A DNA stretch of 50,683 bases, filler included, from Jimgerdemannia flammicorona (taxonomy: Eukaryota), in assembly GCA_003990765.1 (NCBI GenBank). It is 2 parts of 2 records of this genome, joined end to end, with 100 filler letters (N's around TTAATTAATTAA, not from the genome) between each part and the next. Parts side by side here need not be neighbours in the genome. Positions count along the whole stretch, not along the records: positions 25,403 to 50,683 come from RBNJ01000855.1; 1 more part is not named here. The stretch is one strand, 5' to 3'. Below are positions 50,671 to 50,683 of this stretch, piece by piece. The stretch's first letter is position 1. Every line of letters starts with the position of its first letter. Position numbers and translations under genes: made by a program. Under the pieces are notes generated by a model. That model saw nothing but the letters and a program-made list of their open reading frames with translations, did no database searches and was not told where the DNA came from.

Positions 50671-50683
50671 CTTTTTTTTTTTT

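Overview
Eukaryotic DNA, probably fungal (inferred from the element types and GT..CTAAT..AG introns). About 85% of the window is nested, heavily C->T/G->A-mutated transposable elements; three short CpG-retaining unique islands (~20180-22845, ~24680-25302, ~26340-28800) contain no convincing intact gene. An artificial N44-TTAATTAATTAA-N44 linker at 25303-25402 means the two halves may not be truly adjacent. Contents: a full-length Ty3/gypsy element (B, 8229-18173, minus strand, 1.5 kb LTRs), a chromovirus (A), several more gypsy remnants, a full-length L1/Tx1-type LINE with TSD plus three partial copies, three copies of a 1.2 kb non-autonomous polyA retroposon, a Penelope-like RT, two hAT-type palindromic MITEs, a Tc1/mariner-type MITE, and a decayed IS607-type element (serine recombinase plus Fanzor2/TnpB-like nuclease, ~22846-24215). 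Most striking: divergent gypsy elements share a set of accessory modules. These are dUTPase (three copies in different polyprotein contexts), a CPHG..YC..C..C..C Cys/His module beside the dUTPase, and an uncharacterised 'Y-x-IG-x-L' ORF found three times, once entirely inside the LTR. All protein calls are by-eye motif recognition in manually translated, stop-riddled frames; no database search was run.
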